From Octopus vulgaris (taxonomy: Eukaryota), in assembly GCA_951406725.2 (NCBI GenBank), contig OX597814.1, positions 39,432,001-39,496,000 of the forward strand: DNA of 64,000 nucleotides. The letters are read 5' to 3'. Numbering within the stretch: the stretch's first letter is position 1; every line of letters starts with the position of its first letter. Positions 14,341-28,946 of the stretch are shown here, piece after piece. The translations under genes and the position numbers were made by a program. Below the pieces are notes generated by a model that saw only the letters and a program-made list of their open reading frames with translations, did no database searches and was not told the origin of the DNA.

Positions 14341-15250
14341 AAAATATAATGGATATAATATCTATATAATAAATATATATAATTACGTAGAAAAATGTGA
14401 GCCTGAGAAACATATTCTTAAGATTATAAACCTGGAAACGTACAGGACAAGTTATTACACTTGAAAAAGTACAGGGCAAGTTATCACGCCTGGTAAAGTA
14501 CAGAACACGAAAATTTTTACTTGAAGTAGTGCATCTAAGGATAACATTTCAAATAAAGCATTTAGATTTATAAAATATTAGCTTTTGTTAAAACTAAAAA
14601 ATTTATTACAAGTTATTACTTCTATTTGTTAGTACTTGTTACTTCTATTAACAATTTAAAATAACTCAAAATATTTTTTCGCCCTTTTAAAAAAATTCAT
14701 TTTTAAAATTATTAATTGATTATTATAATAAACCACATCACAAAATTAGCTTATGTTTGGTTGAAATAAGCTGCTGCATTTTTGTTTTAAAATAACGGGG
14801 AAAGGACGTTTGTTATATACAATGTGGTTGAAGGAGGATGCTGTGTTACAAAAGTTTGAGAATCACAGGTATAGCGTAAACATAAGGTGAGTAAAGTCTC
14901 AACACTTGTCTCATATGAGCTTAACATGAGGATGTAGCAAATCAAGCTGTAGAATTTACATAGTTCTGTATCTCTACTGTTTTTAGCGTCATTTTGAGTG
15001 TACTTAATGTAAATTCCTGCAGCATTTGTGGTTTAGAGAAATCATAAACATTTGTATCATATGATTAATCTGGGGAAACAAAATAAAGTCAAACGAAAAG
15101 TTATTTTGTTTTCCTTGGATGGCAAAATTGTTAGTGCTTCGAACAGGTCAAATTTGAATTTTATCGTTTCGTAGTGAAAAAAATAAAAAATAAAAATAAA
15201 ATACAAGTACCAGCTCAGTACTAGTAGTTCATTAAATATTCGTCTAACAT

Positions 15251-15490
15251 AAGGCGGCGAGCTGGCAGAAACGTTAGCGCACCGGGCGAGATGCTTAGCG
15301 GTGTTACGACTGCCGCTATGTTCTGAGTTCAAGTTCCGCCGTGGTCGACTTTGCCTTTCATCCTTTCGGGGGTCGATAAAGTATGTACCTGTTACGCACT
15401 GGAGTCGATATAATCGACTTAATCCGTTTGTCTGTCCTTATTTGTCCCCTCTGTGTGTAGCCACTTGTGGGCAGTAAAGAAATAAGAAAC
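15251..15490 (+). mobile_element. Full SINE family B (Meta-domain-like)
   Basis: AAGGCGGCGAGCTGGCAGAA head, GAGTTCAAGTTCC B-box, GCCTTTCATCCTTTCGGGGGTCGATAAA core, AAGAAATA tail. Confidence 0.9.
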
Positions 15491-16704
15491 ATTTCGGACA
15501 TTGTGCCTAGAGTAGAAAAGAATATTCATATAACATGTCCCTGTTGAGAGGAATTACAATTGATTTTATAGACGTAATTGACTTCTTTCTCCTTCTTCTA
15601 TATTTCATTTTTCTGGGGTTCTATAAAGTAAGTATGTTATACAGTGAAAACGATACAATTGATTCAACGTTTTGCTAGAGTAATCTAATAATTTAAATTT
15701 ACATCGTCTTATCTTTTTAACGCCACAAAAAATTTCAGATGGGCCTTCTTTTCTTTACATCCCACGAGACAATACAGCTACATTTCCGACAAGTTATCAA
15801 TCATATAAATTAAACTTCAATGGAAAGTAGAAAAGAAAAAAATACAACTATCGATATTTTGATAATCTAGAGGGGAATTGATTTAGGATTAGTTTTCTTT
15901 TAGATATATTTGCTTTTCTTCATTCGGCGTGCTTTCTTAAGTTCTATATAACACTGTTGTTAATTGAAGTGATACGATAAGAAATATGCTTGAAGATGAT
16001 TGGCAAGAAAATTAGCTGAAATGCCAAGTTAACTTAGGAAACAGAAAAATAACGATAATAAAATATAACAAAATAAACAAAATTTCCAGACTTAATATTA
16101 TTACTTTTTTTCATTTATTTATTCATTCTTACTATTTATTTATATTATTTTCAAGAGTATTTCTGGTTTAGTAAATCCGATGATAATATAGTTGATAATA
16201 TTGTTGATGTTTTTCTTCTAAGTTGCTCTTTTAAAGTTTCGACGTATTGAGACGATTTGTTACGAATTGGTTTAAGGTTTAGTGATACATTAGTTTAGAT
16301 TTTTAATCCTTTTATTTTTGTAATATTTCTGTAGTCAGCAACGGATATTGAAATAACAATAACAAAAAATTGCTTCAAAAAGGTGACAAAAAATAATTTT
16401 ATACAAAGGGCGTAGAACTGACAATTTACAAAACACGGATGTCTTCCGTATCAAACATTAAACGAATATCTGTTTCGCTATGGCGGCCTCTATGCATCGC
16501 TCTACATGCTAGATGTAGCAGCCAAATTTTACTAAAATCTTACTGTTACTCTTAAAAAGGATACCATACAGTCATAGCTAAAGCTTATCCTTGTTCTGGT
16601 GGCATTGTATCCGATAAAAGATGCGCTCTCCACGACTGTAAAGCTTTTAATCAAACTTCACTTCAATCTAAGCTGGCACGGCGATAGTAACAACAAAAAC
16701 AACA

Positions 16705-19700
16705 GTTGCCGTATGCTCCTCTCGCATCCCAGCTCTCAAGGGATGCCCCTCAGCATCGCCAACTTCCGCAGGAGTGACTAAAGAGTCAATACATATAGAA
16801 GCGACGAGAGAGGGTATCCATAACGAACCGAACGCATGATGTTAAATAGTCTGGATAGGTGACCATTTACGCGAACTACTGAGCGGATGCTGCTGTATAA
16901 GGCAGCGATCCAATCGCTGAAGAAGAGACCAAAATCAACCCCTCGCAGGAGCGGTTGCTTTCTTTAGGGCATACCACCATCAGTTGTTGATGTAGGCACC
17001 CGTCAATTCTCTCTTAACTAATGTTCTAATCCGTTCCCTGTAAGCCTGGCATGCCGTGAATGACGCGTTCACCTTTCAGTAACCGGGACCCTGCCTATGT
17101 GTCTTATCTAAGTCAAGCGTACAAGTCACAAATTTGTTGTCCATGTAGTTGACTATATGGAATTATGGACAACCTACACTATCCTTATCCACTGTCCTAC
17201 AGAATATTCTAATTAAATACCATCTGGGCGACCCAATGCAGTTGCTCCATGTCCACATCGCCACATTCGAGTGGTCCAGTCGGTACCTGTGAGACAGTTG
17301 GAAACGTTTGAGCAGGTCTTTGAGGCATTTGCATCCCCTCCTATTACTATCTCTGCACCGCAGTCTAGATACGTGTCTAGGGTAGCATTCAAAAACCCCA
17401 CAAAAAGGAAAGGTCGAGACGTTCCCAGGAAAACCTTTAGATTTTGAAAAAAATTAGGCCGGCATTTTAAGAACAGTACATAAACTGTTATCAGTCGAAA
17501 AGCACACCCATTGCTGCCATCAATATTCAAGACAACCAGCTTAACAACCGAGTCTAGGAAAATTGCTCTTACTTTAAGGTCCAAACAATTCAGAAGAAGC
17601 ACTGCGGTGCCTCCTCCACCCATTCTCGGCAGCCACAGAGGAAAATAAATGTCGAAATATCCGCCGAATATGAGCTGGAGGGCCTGCGGGCTGTGGTGTC
17701 AGGACTCGCTGATGGATATGATATACATATTTTGTGATTTAACGTCGTTTAACAGGCAGCCTTGTTTCCAAGGTGACCCCAAGTCACATATATTTATACT
17801 GCCTATTTTGAGCAAGTTCCTATAGAAAGTTGTGTTTAACACACGAAAGGGAGACGAAAGAGAAAGGGAGCTAGAGAGTTACTTACAGTCCGAGAATTGT
17901 TTGTCCTTCACGTCACAATCTTCTCCCAGAATTTTTTGTATAATTTTTTGAGAGGTAATTTTGAAATCTCCCTGCTGCATCCGGGTAGAGAGATTTCAGT
18001 GTACTGTTTGTGTTATGTGTATGATTTTAACGTATTGTGGTAATGTTTTACGTGGGTGAATCTTTGTTTTGGTATCATTTTCTGTTATGTTGGTGTTTGC
18101 CCTAATATATTCCATTAGGTCTGGATTGTTGGTGTTTATAGCAGTCAACATTGTTGGTGGGTTTTGTGTTAGTGTGCTTGTGTTGATGCTTTTGTTTTCC
18201 GCGGGTGTTTTGGTTTTTATTATTTTCCCCCTTTTTCTCCTTCCCCCCGTGGCCACTTGCCAATCCTCTGTGACGTCTTCATCTGACGACATGTCAGAGG
18301 AAACATAGCGTCGGAGGGGAAAGGTATTGGATTCTATTTCTGAGTGGGTTGATTTTGTTGGTGGTGGTATTAGTGCTGTTTGTTGATAGTTAGGATGTGG
18401 TGTTTGGGTTTTTCGTGGTGGGGTATGAGCCTAAGGCGACGAGCTGGCAGAAATGTTAGCACGCCGGGCGAAATGCTTAACGGTATTTCGTCTGCCGCTA
18501 CGTTTTGAGTTCAAATTCCGCCAAGGTCGACTTTGCCTTTCATCCTTTCGGGGTCGATAAATTAAGTACCAATTACGCACTGGGGTCGATGTAATCGACT
18601 TAATCCGTTTGTCTGTCCTCTCTGTGTTTAGCCCCTTGTGGTTGGTAAAGAAATAGGTATGGGTCTTTTTGGTTTCGTCTTCTTCCTTTAGAGTTGATGT
18701 TAGGGGTGGTGATGATGGTTTTGGTTCTGTTGTTGGTGGCGCCGGTGGTGGCATTGTTTGCTTTGGCTGGCTTGTTGGTTGCTGATGTTCCCTCATTTGT
18801 TTGTAGAGCTGTTTAATTAGTTGTGCATATAGCGGCGTGGGTAGTAGCGCTGGATTTTTGCTCGGTTTTTCTTTTCTTGTGGTTGCTGTTGTTTTTCGTT
18901 GTCTTGTTGTTGTCTTTGCTGTTGTTGTTGTTGTTTATCTGCTACTGGGCTGTTAGTTTTTAAGTGTGTTTTGCTAACACAAACTTAGCAACGTGGCTTT
19001 CTGCCTTCGACGGCTACATGCAAGCTCGAATCATCTGTTAATTGGACTCAGTGGGGATTTTTTTAAAAATTCGCTGGATCGATTTGGACAAGGATTTCGA
19101 CTCCCTGGACAATCCAGTTTTGCTGGTCAAGGACAGCGATTTCCAATTTATGGATTTCGTCCTCGATGCCATAGCAAATGATAAACACGAGCCATTTTAT
19201 TTCAATTTCATGAGGCACTTTTTATATTTTTACTTTTGTGACCCTGTGATTATGTAGATTTTCATGTTGAAAGTTGCTTGTGGAGAGGTCCTTGGTTGTT
19301 CTTCACTGTCTAATCTTACTTCGATCCTGGCAAACTTGTTTCCCCTCGTTGTGTAATCTTTAAAAAACCCATATAGACCTTAATCATTTTCAACATTTTC
19401 TTGGGTGGTTCTTTCATATACTTTGTTTTGACGTATGTCTTTTTTTGTTTTTGTTTTTAGGTACTTTTTGTGATGTTTTCAAGTGTCTGTAATTGAATGG
19501 TGACTTCATATTTTGTAAACATTTCTTTGCTGGCAAGTAGTTCTTCCTTCGAAAAATGCATTATTTTTTCTTTGGCTTCAAAGAATTGGTTGTGGTAATG
19601 AAGGCGGTGGTGTTGGTAGCAATGGTGGAGGCAGTGCTTATAGTAGCAGAGGCATTCGTGCCTTCTAAAGCATGTGTGCGTTCACGCGGAACGGCTTTGC

Positions 19701-19915
19701 TTTCAGCTTCCTTCGCTACCAGCATTGGTAGAGGCGGGAAGTCGGCCTCATGGTTTCGCTTAGCCATATTTGTTTAGAAATATGACACACACAAACGAAA
19801 GCGGGGTGCTTTATACACCTTATGTGAAAAGATTAAACAAACTGTGTGCAATAAAAGATCGAAAAAAGTGATTACCTACGGAGCGGAAGCAACATCACGT
19901 CAGTCGATAGATAAC
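16705..19915 (-). mobile_element. Decayed L1/Tx1-clade LINE: ORF1 with zinc knuckle, APE endonuclease, partial RT; 3' part lost
   Basis: ORF1 from ~19767 with VEGRKPRC*VC..THLK..P (18946-19017); EN LKIGSIN...ISES...GGTAVL...FRLITVY...GPGY*KVN (~17810-17060); RT WIAALY..IRSVVRVNG..S..F...SVRYGYPLSSLLYVL (~16940-16770); many stops and frameshifts. Confidence 0.88.
18433..18655 (+). mobile_element. Full SINE family B inserted in the LINE ORF1 region
   Basis: High identity to the 15251 copy; imperfect 11-bp TSD ggtatgagcct (18422-18432) / ggtatgggtct (18656-18666). Confidence 0.92.
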
Positions 19916-19920
19916 TAGAT

Positions 19921-20433
19921 ACTGCATGGGAACTTTTCATTATGAATACACTCCATCTGGTCAGACACTAAACAAGGAATACTACCGTGATGTGTTGCAG
20001 TGTCTGCGGGAAGTTATTTGTCGGAAAAGGTCACAGTTACATGCGTCCATTGAGTGGCAGTTGCACCATGAGAACGCACCTGCCATTCAGCGCAGCTTCT
20101 GCAGCACTTTTTGGTTAGGTACAGCATTCCTCATATCCGACAGCCATCGTATTCCCCAGATATCACCGCTTGCGACTTTTTCCTCTTTCTGAAAATCAAA
20201 TTCCGCTTGAAAGGAAGAAGGTTTCGGGAAGTAGAGGAAATCAAAGTGAATGCAACGAGGCAGCAGCTGATTATCACAGAAGACGAGTTCTAGGTAAGCT
20301 TCTATCAAGGGAACTAGCGCTGGATTAAGTGTGAGGCTTCCGAAGAGGTTCAATTCGAAGGAGATTAAATGCCAAATTGGTACATGTTGTAGTTTTGTTT
20401 TTATAGGCCAGATACTTCTTGTTCAGACCTCAC
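19921..20433 (+). mobile_element. Mariner transposase C-terminal pseudogene plus probable right TIR
   Basis: GQTLNKEYY...WQLHHENAPA / PSYSPDITACDFFLF..K..LKGRRF (mariner HDNA...YSPDL.P.D signature), frameshifted. Confidence 0.9.
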
Positions 20434-20464
20434 ATACATGCATACATACATGCATATGTCTGTG

Positions 20465-20511
<47 letters not shown>

Positions 20512-20564
20512 CATGTCATAGAAATGACAACGTGTGTATATATGTATATATGTACGTATGAGTG

Positions 20565-20677
<113 letters not shown>

Positions 20678-21779
20678 TCATACGTACATATATACATATA
20701 TACACACGTTGTCATTTCTATGACATGTATTTATGTGAACAGGTTTCTCGCAGTATCAGCATTTGTATCAGTGTGTGTGTCCATGTATCTGTCTGTATAT
20801 GTCTACGTGTAACTCTGCGTCTGTATACGCGCGTGCGTTTAGGTGCATGTGTACTTGCTTGTCAAAATTCATGTATTAACTTTTCCTATATTTTGTAACA
20901 ATCTTGTTACTACTTTCTGGCACTCAGCACTGGTTTCCATTTTCGACAATATCAATAACTTGGCAAAAAATTTGATACATAACATTTTGTTTCGGTTTTC
21001 ATTTTAAATTTGCTACTTGGTATTATGATAAATTTCCGCAAGTTTTCTCTTTACAAGCAATACCAACAAAGTTTTACCCAACATCAAGTATATCTATCAG
21101 CAAAATGAAATTCCTGAACTCTGGTACAGTGTCATGTCATACCTTGTCCTTGTGTCATGTGGCTTGTTTAAGAGTTACCATATCCTTCCGACTATGTCTG
21201 CAAACTCATTCATAACTTCTGACATGCACGTACACACACACCAAGCACACGCGACTCTCTCCCTCTGTCTGTCCATGTTTTCTGTCTGTCCATATCTTTC
21301 TGTCTGTCTGAATCTCTCTCTCACTCTCTATCTCTCTCTGTTTCTCTCTATCTCTCATACACACACGCGCGAAGTCACGCTCACACATACACAAATACGC
21401 ACACACAGATATTGAATTAATATTGCTATTCTAAAGCGAACAGCCAAGCAAACCTTAGCATATGTGTGTATGTGTATTTGTGTGTGTGTGATGATGAAAA
21501 TTCACAGAAGATTTGTTTTAGAGGATTAATGAGAATATTAGAGTCATAATAATAAAGAGGTACAAAATAAGATTTTGTTCTTTCAACATAATTAAATAAG
21601 AACCAGTTTCGCATCGCTCATCAAGTTTAAGGGCTGAAGAATGGACATATTGCTAGGGGAATGACATAGTACTAGGGGAGATAATTGCTAACTCATTTAT
21701 TTTATAGTAAAGAGGAGGTATTTTGATTCGACAGGAATGAGTACGCTTGTGATTATCCTGCCAAGAAGTGAACAGGATA

Positions 21780-21891
<112 letters not shown>

Positions 21892-22339
21892 ATATATATA
21901 TATATATATATAAATACGGACACGCACGTATGAATGAATATATGGATCGATGACTGAACGAAACTTATCTACGAAGGAAATAAATACGTCTATTCCGCGA
22001 GCTGGATCCGTTGGCGTCATTCTAAAAGGATAAATGGATAAAGCTATGTTCATTCTCTCGTATATACACTGATTCTGTCTACGGATCTTATATTACTAAA
22101 ATGTACTTTTCTCTTCGCTGTATTTAACCAGTGCCCACTTTACATTTCACAATCCGCACACTCCCTCAAATGCAAGTTTCAAAATTCTGTAAATGGTATA
22201 ACATATTTTTTTAATTTGGAAGTGGTATATAGGATATTACTGCACATTTCGCAGTTTTTTATGCAACTGTATATTTGCCAAACCTATCACTATCGTACCA
22301 GATGTTGTAATGTTATTATTAACCGTTGTAAGATAAGTT

Positions 22340-22530
22340 TCAAATTTTGGTACAAGGACAGCAATTCTGAGGGAGGGGAAAGTCGATTAGAACTGGCACT
22401 ATTTTATAGGCCCAGAGCAGATGAAAACAATGTCGACCTAGCCAGAATTTGAACTCAGAAGGTGAAATGCCGTTAATCATTTCGCGCACTAGATGGTAAA
22501 GCAGTGACTTTACCATCTCACTGCTTTTTA
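22340..22530 (-). mobile_element. Degenerate SINE family B
   Basis: gatgaaaacaatgtcgacc...gaatttgaactcagaa; a similar remnant lies at ~23100-23280. Confidence 0.6.
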
Positions 22531-23499
22531 CCTGATCTATTATTCTTAATTCTTAACGATTAAACGGCTATATTCTATATGCAATAATCTTAAAATCCTT
22601 TCAGTGTATTTTCTTGGCTCTCTTAGATGTCCCGAGCTTAAATTTTTGCTTCAGAATCATAAGTGTATGTAATATGCTTCAACATGTAGTACTGAATTTG
22701 ATTCGATTCTGCATTTATAAAGTTTGGGCACTTGTGACGCATTCTTCATTTCTTCGATGAGTTTTGCATTCAGATGATCAATTTGGCAGTTTTCGAGGGA
22801 GCAGTACTTTTTCAAATTATTAATGCATTCGCTTTATTTGACTACATTATGCACAATTCCAGTGTTCAGCTGATAGATATATTTTGTATTCATAACTCCA
22901 CGTCAAGTATCGTTTATCTCCAATCGGGGTGTCAAGAGAGATAACCATTAGTGATGTTCATATTATGGTGGATGGATTTCCTGTGTTGCTTAGTAGACAT
23001 AATACCTTCATCCTCCACCTGTCTGTCAGTATAAGCAATATTTTCCCAAAAGGTGTTATGGCATCAACATTTACAAGAATCGTGATATATTTTTTCTAGT
23101 ATAAGCACAAGGCCTGCAATTTGGGTGGTGGAGCTTGTGGATTATATCGTATCTGCACAGACAGCTTCAAAAGCACAGTCAGATTCGAAACATTTGAACA
23201 CAGAATGCGATAATAAGCCGAAAGAAATGATAACAATATTTTACTACACGTTAACGATTCTGCCAACTCACCACCTTCAGTACAGTGATATATTAATATT
23301 AGAGATAGTTAATATTTGTTATATTTTCTAATACCGAGACGCTAGAAAAGTCTTTGGCCACATCTCTAGAGATTCAAGATCCGATGCTTTCGCCTTTCAT
23401 CTGTTTATGAAATAAAAGATTATTACAAAACTAGATAAAATAATAAAATAGCCAAGCCAAGACAAGAAAGCGCAGTTTTCTAAAACGTTTGATAACGTA

Positions 23500-23930
23500 A
23501 GATTTATAGATTACACGCCAAATGGAGAAATAGAAAATAGAATTAGGAAAATCCAGTGAGAAGCTAATCTCTGAGCTAAAGTCGTAGAAAAAAAGAAAGA
23601 CCGACAGACTACCACTTGTAGGTACTCTAATTTAATTAAATACGCTGTTAAAAAGACTAGTGCAGTATGAAGCAAAAGCAAGAATAGACGCAACAAGGTA
23701 TCAAAGAATAGCACGCAAATCCAGCCTGAAATTTACATGAGACACAAATCGCTATTAAGGGCAAAAGTGCAAGGCACATTGGAACATCGAGACTAAAGGG
23801 AGGGCAACATAATTTTTTAAAATATAAAATGCCTTTCAAAACAACGATAATCCCTTATTGGGGTAAGGCTGAATATTCTATCCATAGACAAGTGATCCAA
23901 AGGTGACATAGGAAAGTACGAATACAGTAT
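23500..23930 (+). pseudogene. Possible Penelope-like element linker/GIY-YIG region remnant
   Basis: FIDYTPNGEIENRIRKIQ*EANL*AKVVEK resembles the PLE RT-to-endonuclease linker; very decayed. Confidence 0.3.
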
Positions 23931-24125
23931 AAACTATTATTCTCAACGGGACAGCAGTAACGGAGAATATTAAGAGCATACCTTCACTCGGTAGGATGCC
24001 TCTATACACTTATGTATGTACGAACATATGTACGTATGTATGCATGTCTTTATGTAAGTCAATATGTATGATTGCATGCATGTATGTACGTACGTATCTA
24101 TGCATACAAATGTGTATGTGCATAC

Positions 24126-24199
<74 letters not shown>

Positions 24200-24210
24200 G
24201 TTTATATATG

Positions 24211-24244
<34 letters not shown>

Positions 24245-24293
24245 TATATATGTATATATATATATTAATATATGTATATATACATATATATAT

Positions 24294-24339
<46 letters not shown>

Positions 24340-24481
24340 GTATGTATGTATACATATATGCAAGACACCACAAAAAATTTAGGAAAATAACATAAGAAAT
24401 AAGTGGAAATTTTACCAGTGAGTGTGTTAAATTATAAGTCACAAGAAAGAAAATGACTCTCCCCAGACACAACAGAACATG

Positions 24482-24527
<46 letters not shown>

Positions 24528-25334
24528 AATAAATGTTTTATATATAAAGAACGTGAAATACAGGAAGGGACAAACACGGAACACAGACAAATCATTCGAA
24601 GCCTTCAATCTTCAGTCAGACACCGAATCATCATAGCAAATTTCGGCTGGAAAAAATTTCAAAAATCGATTCCAGGTGAGAATGCGATCGGTAAAGCCGT
24701 GGGAACGTGCACTTGTATGCGCAAGTACATCAGCTGTTGCCATTAGCTTTTCCATGCCCTTGAACATCTCGTAAAGTAAGTTAGCTTAAAATTACTTAAT
24801 TAGTTCCCTATGTTGTTGTTTTTCATCAAAAATCGCCCAAGTTGATTTCCTACATGTTCTATCGGATAAACGTATTATTATCCCAGGTATGTTCTCATAA
24901 GTTCATCATGCGTTTCCATTTATATTTACCTCCACCTAACCTATATGCATGCATCGTTTTTGCCTGCTTTTCTTCCGTTAGCCTGTAAATAACGGGACCT
25001 GCCAGTTTTTTGTTGTTTTTGTGCAGCTTAAAGACACGTTTCTTTCCTGCCAAGATAAATGTTTAAGCCATTTTTGTTTTCTCCCAGTCAACAGCCTTAT
25101 CTTAACTGATACTTTAAACTCTTCGGTTGCATATTTGTGTGAATATACTCGTATTTCTTTGGAATAGAAAAAAAGTTTATCTTTATTTCTTCTTTTCCTG
25201 GTGTCTCAACTTTAGGTTAAATCAATGTTTCTCTATGGGGAGTCCTATGGGACGGTCCGACAAGCTGTTTTGGGAAAATTTGTTTGAAATGTTTGACATC
25301 TCAGGACCGTCCATTGGACGGGGGCGTTTTTCCC

Positions 25335-25415
<81 letters not shown>

Positions 25416-25432
25416 TATATAAGTCACGCTGA

Positions 25433-26345
25433 CTAGCTATACCGACGACGTAAAAGTAGTACGAGCAATCAGGGAAATTCCTAATGCTAATATTCTGCAG
25501 AAATAACTAGATGCCATACATGAATGGATTGATTACGTAATATGCAATTTAATATAAGCAAATTCCAAGCCATTCGCTACCAGCTAATTGGTGCTTTGAA
25601 GTCACATCAACGATAATTTGAACCAAAAGGGGCGGAAATCCTAGAATTGCATACGGTGCGTGATTCTGGCATTGATATAAGCAACGATACTTCGTTTCAC
25701 ATGCAATTCACCAAGATGGTGGAAGTATGCAGGCGAATGGTCGGATGAATTCTGAGAACCTTCAGAACAAAGGGTCAAGAAACTATGCTCTTGCTATGGC
25801 GGACTTTTGTCCTCAGCAGTCTGGACTATTGCTCTAAACTATGGCCACCCTACACTGCAGGATTAATAGCAGAACTTGAGGCATGTTGAGAAATACTACA
25901 CAACGAAGATTGTATCGATAGAACAGCGGAGCTACTAGGAGAGACTTAAAGAGCAACGAATCGACTCCCTGGAGCGAAGACGTGAGTGGTACGCAATGAT
26001 ATATGTACGGAAACTACCTGAGGGTCTGGCACCAAACTTTCGAATTGAGAGTTATACCAGACCACGAAATGGATTTCACTGCACTATACCAAAAGAACCC
26101 AGCAGTCTCATCTGCGGCAGGGTGCATGTACAGCAATAGCTTTAGGATTCAAATGCGCACAGGAATTTAACTCGTTACCAACATATTTGAAAGATCTCCA
26201 TGGAGTAGGATTAGAGGTTTACTGGAAGCGACTTGAGATCTTACTAACCAATATCACAGATGAACTAATATCAAGACAGGAAAATCAAAAGGAGGCAGTG
26301 ATATGGAAATCACTCCTTCACCAGCAGCCAAGCACATAGTATTGG
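25433..26345 (+). mobile_element. 5'-truncated CR1-group LINE, RT C-terminal half
   Basis: SYTDDVKV...LDAIHEW...MQFNISKFQ...VRDSGI...ILRTFRTK...FVLSSLDYCSKLWPP...SY*ERLKE..IDSLERRR; several stops. Confidence 0.9.
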
Positions 26346-26473
26346 CCACTTAAATGTTGATTACAATGGCGGTGTTCCAGTATGACCGCAGTCTCCGGGC
26401 TGAAACATAAAAAAGAATAAAAGAATACATGTATATACACACATATATACACACACATATATATATATATACA

Positions 26474-26504
<31 letters not shown>

Positions 26505-26534
26505 TACGAATGTATATACATATATATGTATATA

Positions 26535-26649
<115 letters not shown>

Positions 26650-26744
26650 ATATATATAAATGTATATATAAACACATCTTATATACAAATATACATATAT
26701 ATGCACATATACACACATAGACAAAATGTAATCTATTTATCTGT

Positions 26745-26783
<39 letters not shown>

Positions 26784-27961
26784 CCTATTTATCTGCACCT
26801 ATCTCTCCCTCTCTCTTTTCTGTTTCTATATACATGCATGTATATGTATATATATACTTATATAAGTGATGTCATTTGAATTTTTTACATTTTTATTTCA
26901 TCTAGAATCATTCCTTTATTATAACGTTTAAATATGTCTTTGCTAAAATCTGATGTCAATAGGCCTCTATTGTGGGCATATATATTTAACGAACATCGGG
27001 AGTATCCATATATGCATGTATGAAGTAAAAATGTATGAATTTCTGTGTGTGTGTGTTTTGTCACTGTGTGTGTAGGCACTGCAAACAACGTCTCCAAACT
27101 TCTGGAACCGGCCCCATGGGGAAAAATATTATTAGTAAGTATTATTTATAGAGAATAAGAAGTAATAATATTAATGGAGTGGATAAATATATAAACATTG
27201 AATATAGACAAGAGTCATGGAAAACAGGGAATCGTATCTCCAATCTGAAAGTGACATGTGTCAAATGTTCAAACAACAATTTTAGTACAGTAGAACATAG
27301 GTCCAAAGTTCAACAACAAGAATAACAGCAGCATTAGGTACGACACCATTAATAGAGTATAGCAACAACATAGAATAACAATAAGAAACACAAAGTACAC
27401 TAGCAAGACAGAAAAGCAAGGAAATCACCGAGAATTCTAAAAAATCGCCTGTATGTAATTTTCAGCAGATTCAGTAGAATTGTGACAGTGATCAGGTCAC
27501 AATGAAATGATTTTTGGTATAATAGAAAATAGACAGAAAACTTAAGATAAATAGTTAAAATGTTTCTCCCAATGCGTCATTTTAATATTTTTGTATAACC
27601 ATCTTCACGTTCTGAGTTCAAATTCCGCGAATTGGGATTTGCGTTTCGCTATTTCGGGGTCGATAAAATAAGTAGCATTTGAGTAATCCAAATTGTTTAC
27701 CTTCATATATGTACGCGTGTACGCATACATGCATTTAAGCCTATATATTTAGCGATAATGCATACAGATACACGTGTATATAGGTATACATATGTATATA
27801 TATACATTTGAGTACGAGTTGCATGTGTAGATTCTGATATGTATAAATAACTGTATTAATATATATATATATATATATAAGGTTAATCCAAACGGGAAAA
27901 CAGAAAAAGCAACAACACGTGGAACAATTAAAGTATTATTATTAGGCGCTCAGGAAAAAGG

Positions 27962-28007
<46 letters not shown>

Positions 28008-28026
28008 CAACTTTTCCACTCACACC

Positions 28027-28081
28027 GTCTCCAATGAAGGGATATTATCATTAATTAATATTCTAGAAACAGCTGTAAGAC
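28027..28081 (+). ncRNA. Type-I hammerhead motif, degenerate core (CCAATGA)
   Basis: GTCT-CCAATGA-A-GGGATATTA..TAATATTCT-A-GAAA-CAGCTG-TA-AGAC. Confidence 0.6.
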
Positions 28082-28896
28082 ATTATCTCTATAAATGCTC
28101 TAATATATATACAGCCTTGGTTTTTTTATCTCATTACACAAAAAATTCATATCTATCTATCTATCTATCTATATATATATATATATAGGTATATACATGT
28201 TTAATATATGCTTCTGTATACATCTTCACGGATATATTTTCTTCTACTACTAAGCACTGACCTGTCCAACCAACCTAATCTATATTCCCAAATTCTTCAT
28301 TCCACCTTATTACTACCCTTACCTATCTCTTAGGCTCAACACTAAATATCTGACACTCCTTTTCTTTTTACAGTATTTAACTTCTCTCCCTCTCTATCAC
28401 CCCATTCCTATCTTACACTCCTTTACTCTTTACCCTCTCATCTTTTTATTCTCTCATATATTTCTCTCTCTATCACCCTCACCTCCTCATACCTACTGTT
28501 AATTTATCTTGACCGACCACTAAGTGGTACACTTTCCCTCTCTTCATCTCTCTACTACCTCTATCCTTGATTTTCTCTTTTCTGTATTTTTCTTTATTCC
28601 TCTCTTCTTATTTTTGACTTGACTTTAGAAATACATTCACTACTTTTAGGTCTCTTTAAATAAACCGTCGATTCAATAGCACTGTGTACAAACTCTATAC
28701 ATGGAATGACCAATTTTAAATACACTTGGAATTTACTCACAAGGTATTAGATTCTTATATGTATACCATTCTGCCTAAATAATGGATCTACAAATGCAAT
28801 ATCCCTGCATATCTCACATCTATTTTCATTCCTCCACTTCACTCACCATTTCATATCTTATCCAAATTCACTATTACCTATCCATTATCTCACACC

Positions 28897-28946
28897 GTCT
28901 TCGCTGAAGGGATATAAAAAAAATATCCCTGAAACAGCTGTAAGAC
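28897..28946 (+). ncRNA. Type-I hammerhead motif, degenerate core (TCGCTGA)
   Basis: GTCT-TCGCTGA-AGGGATAT(a-run)ATATCCCT-GAAA-CAGCTG-TA-AGAC; perfect 8-bp stem II. Confidence 0.65.

Noticed and set aside
14430-14510. ~29-bp tandem repeat x3
   Set aside because: Ordinary degenerate minisatellite
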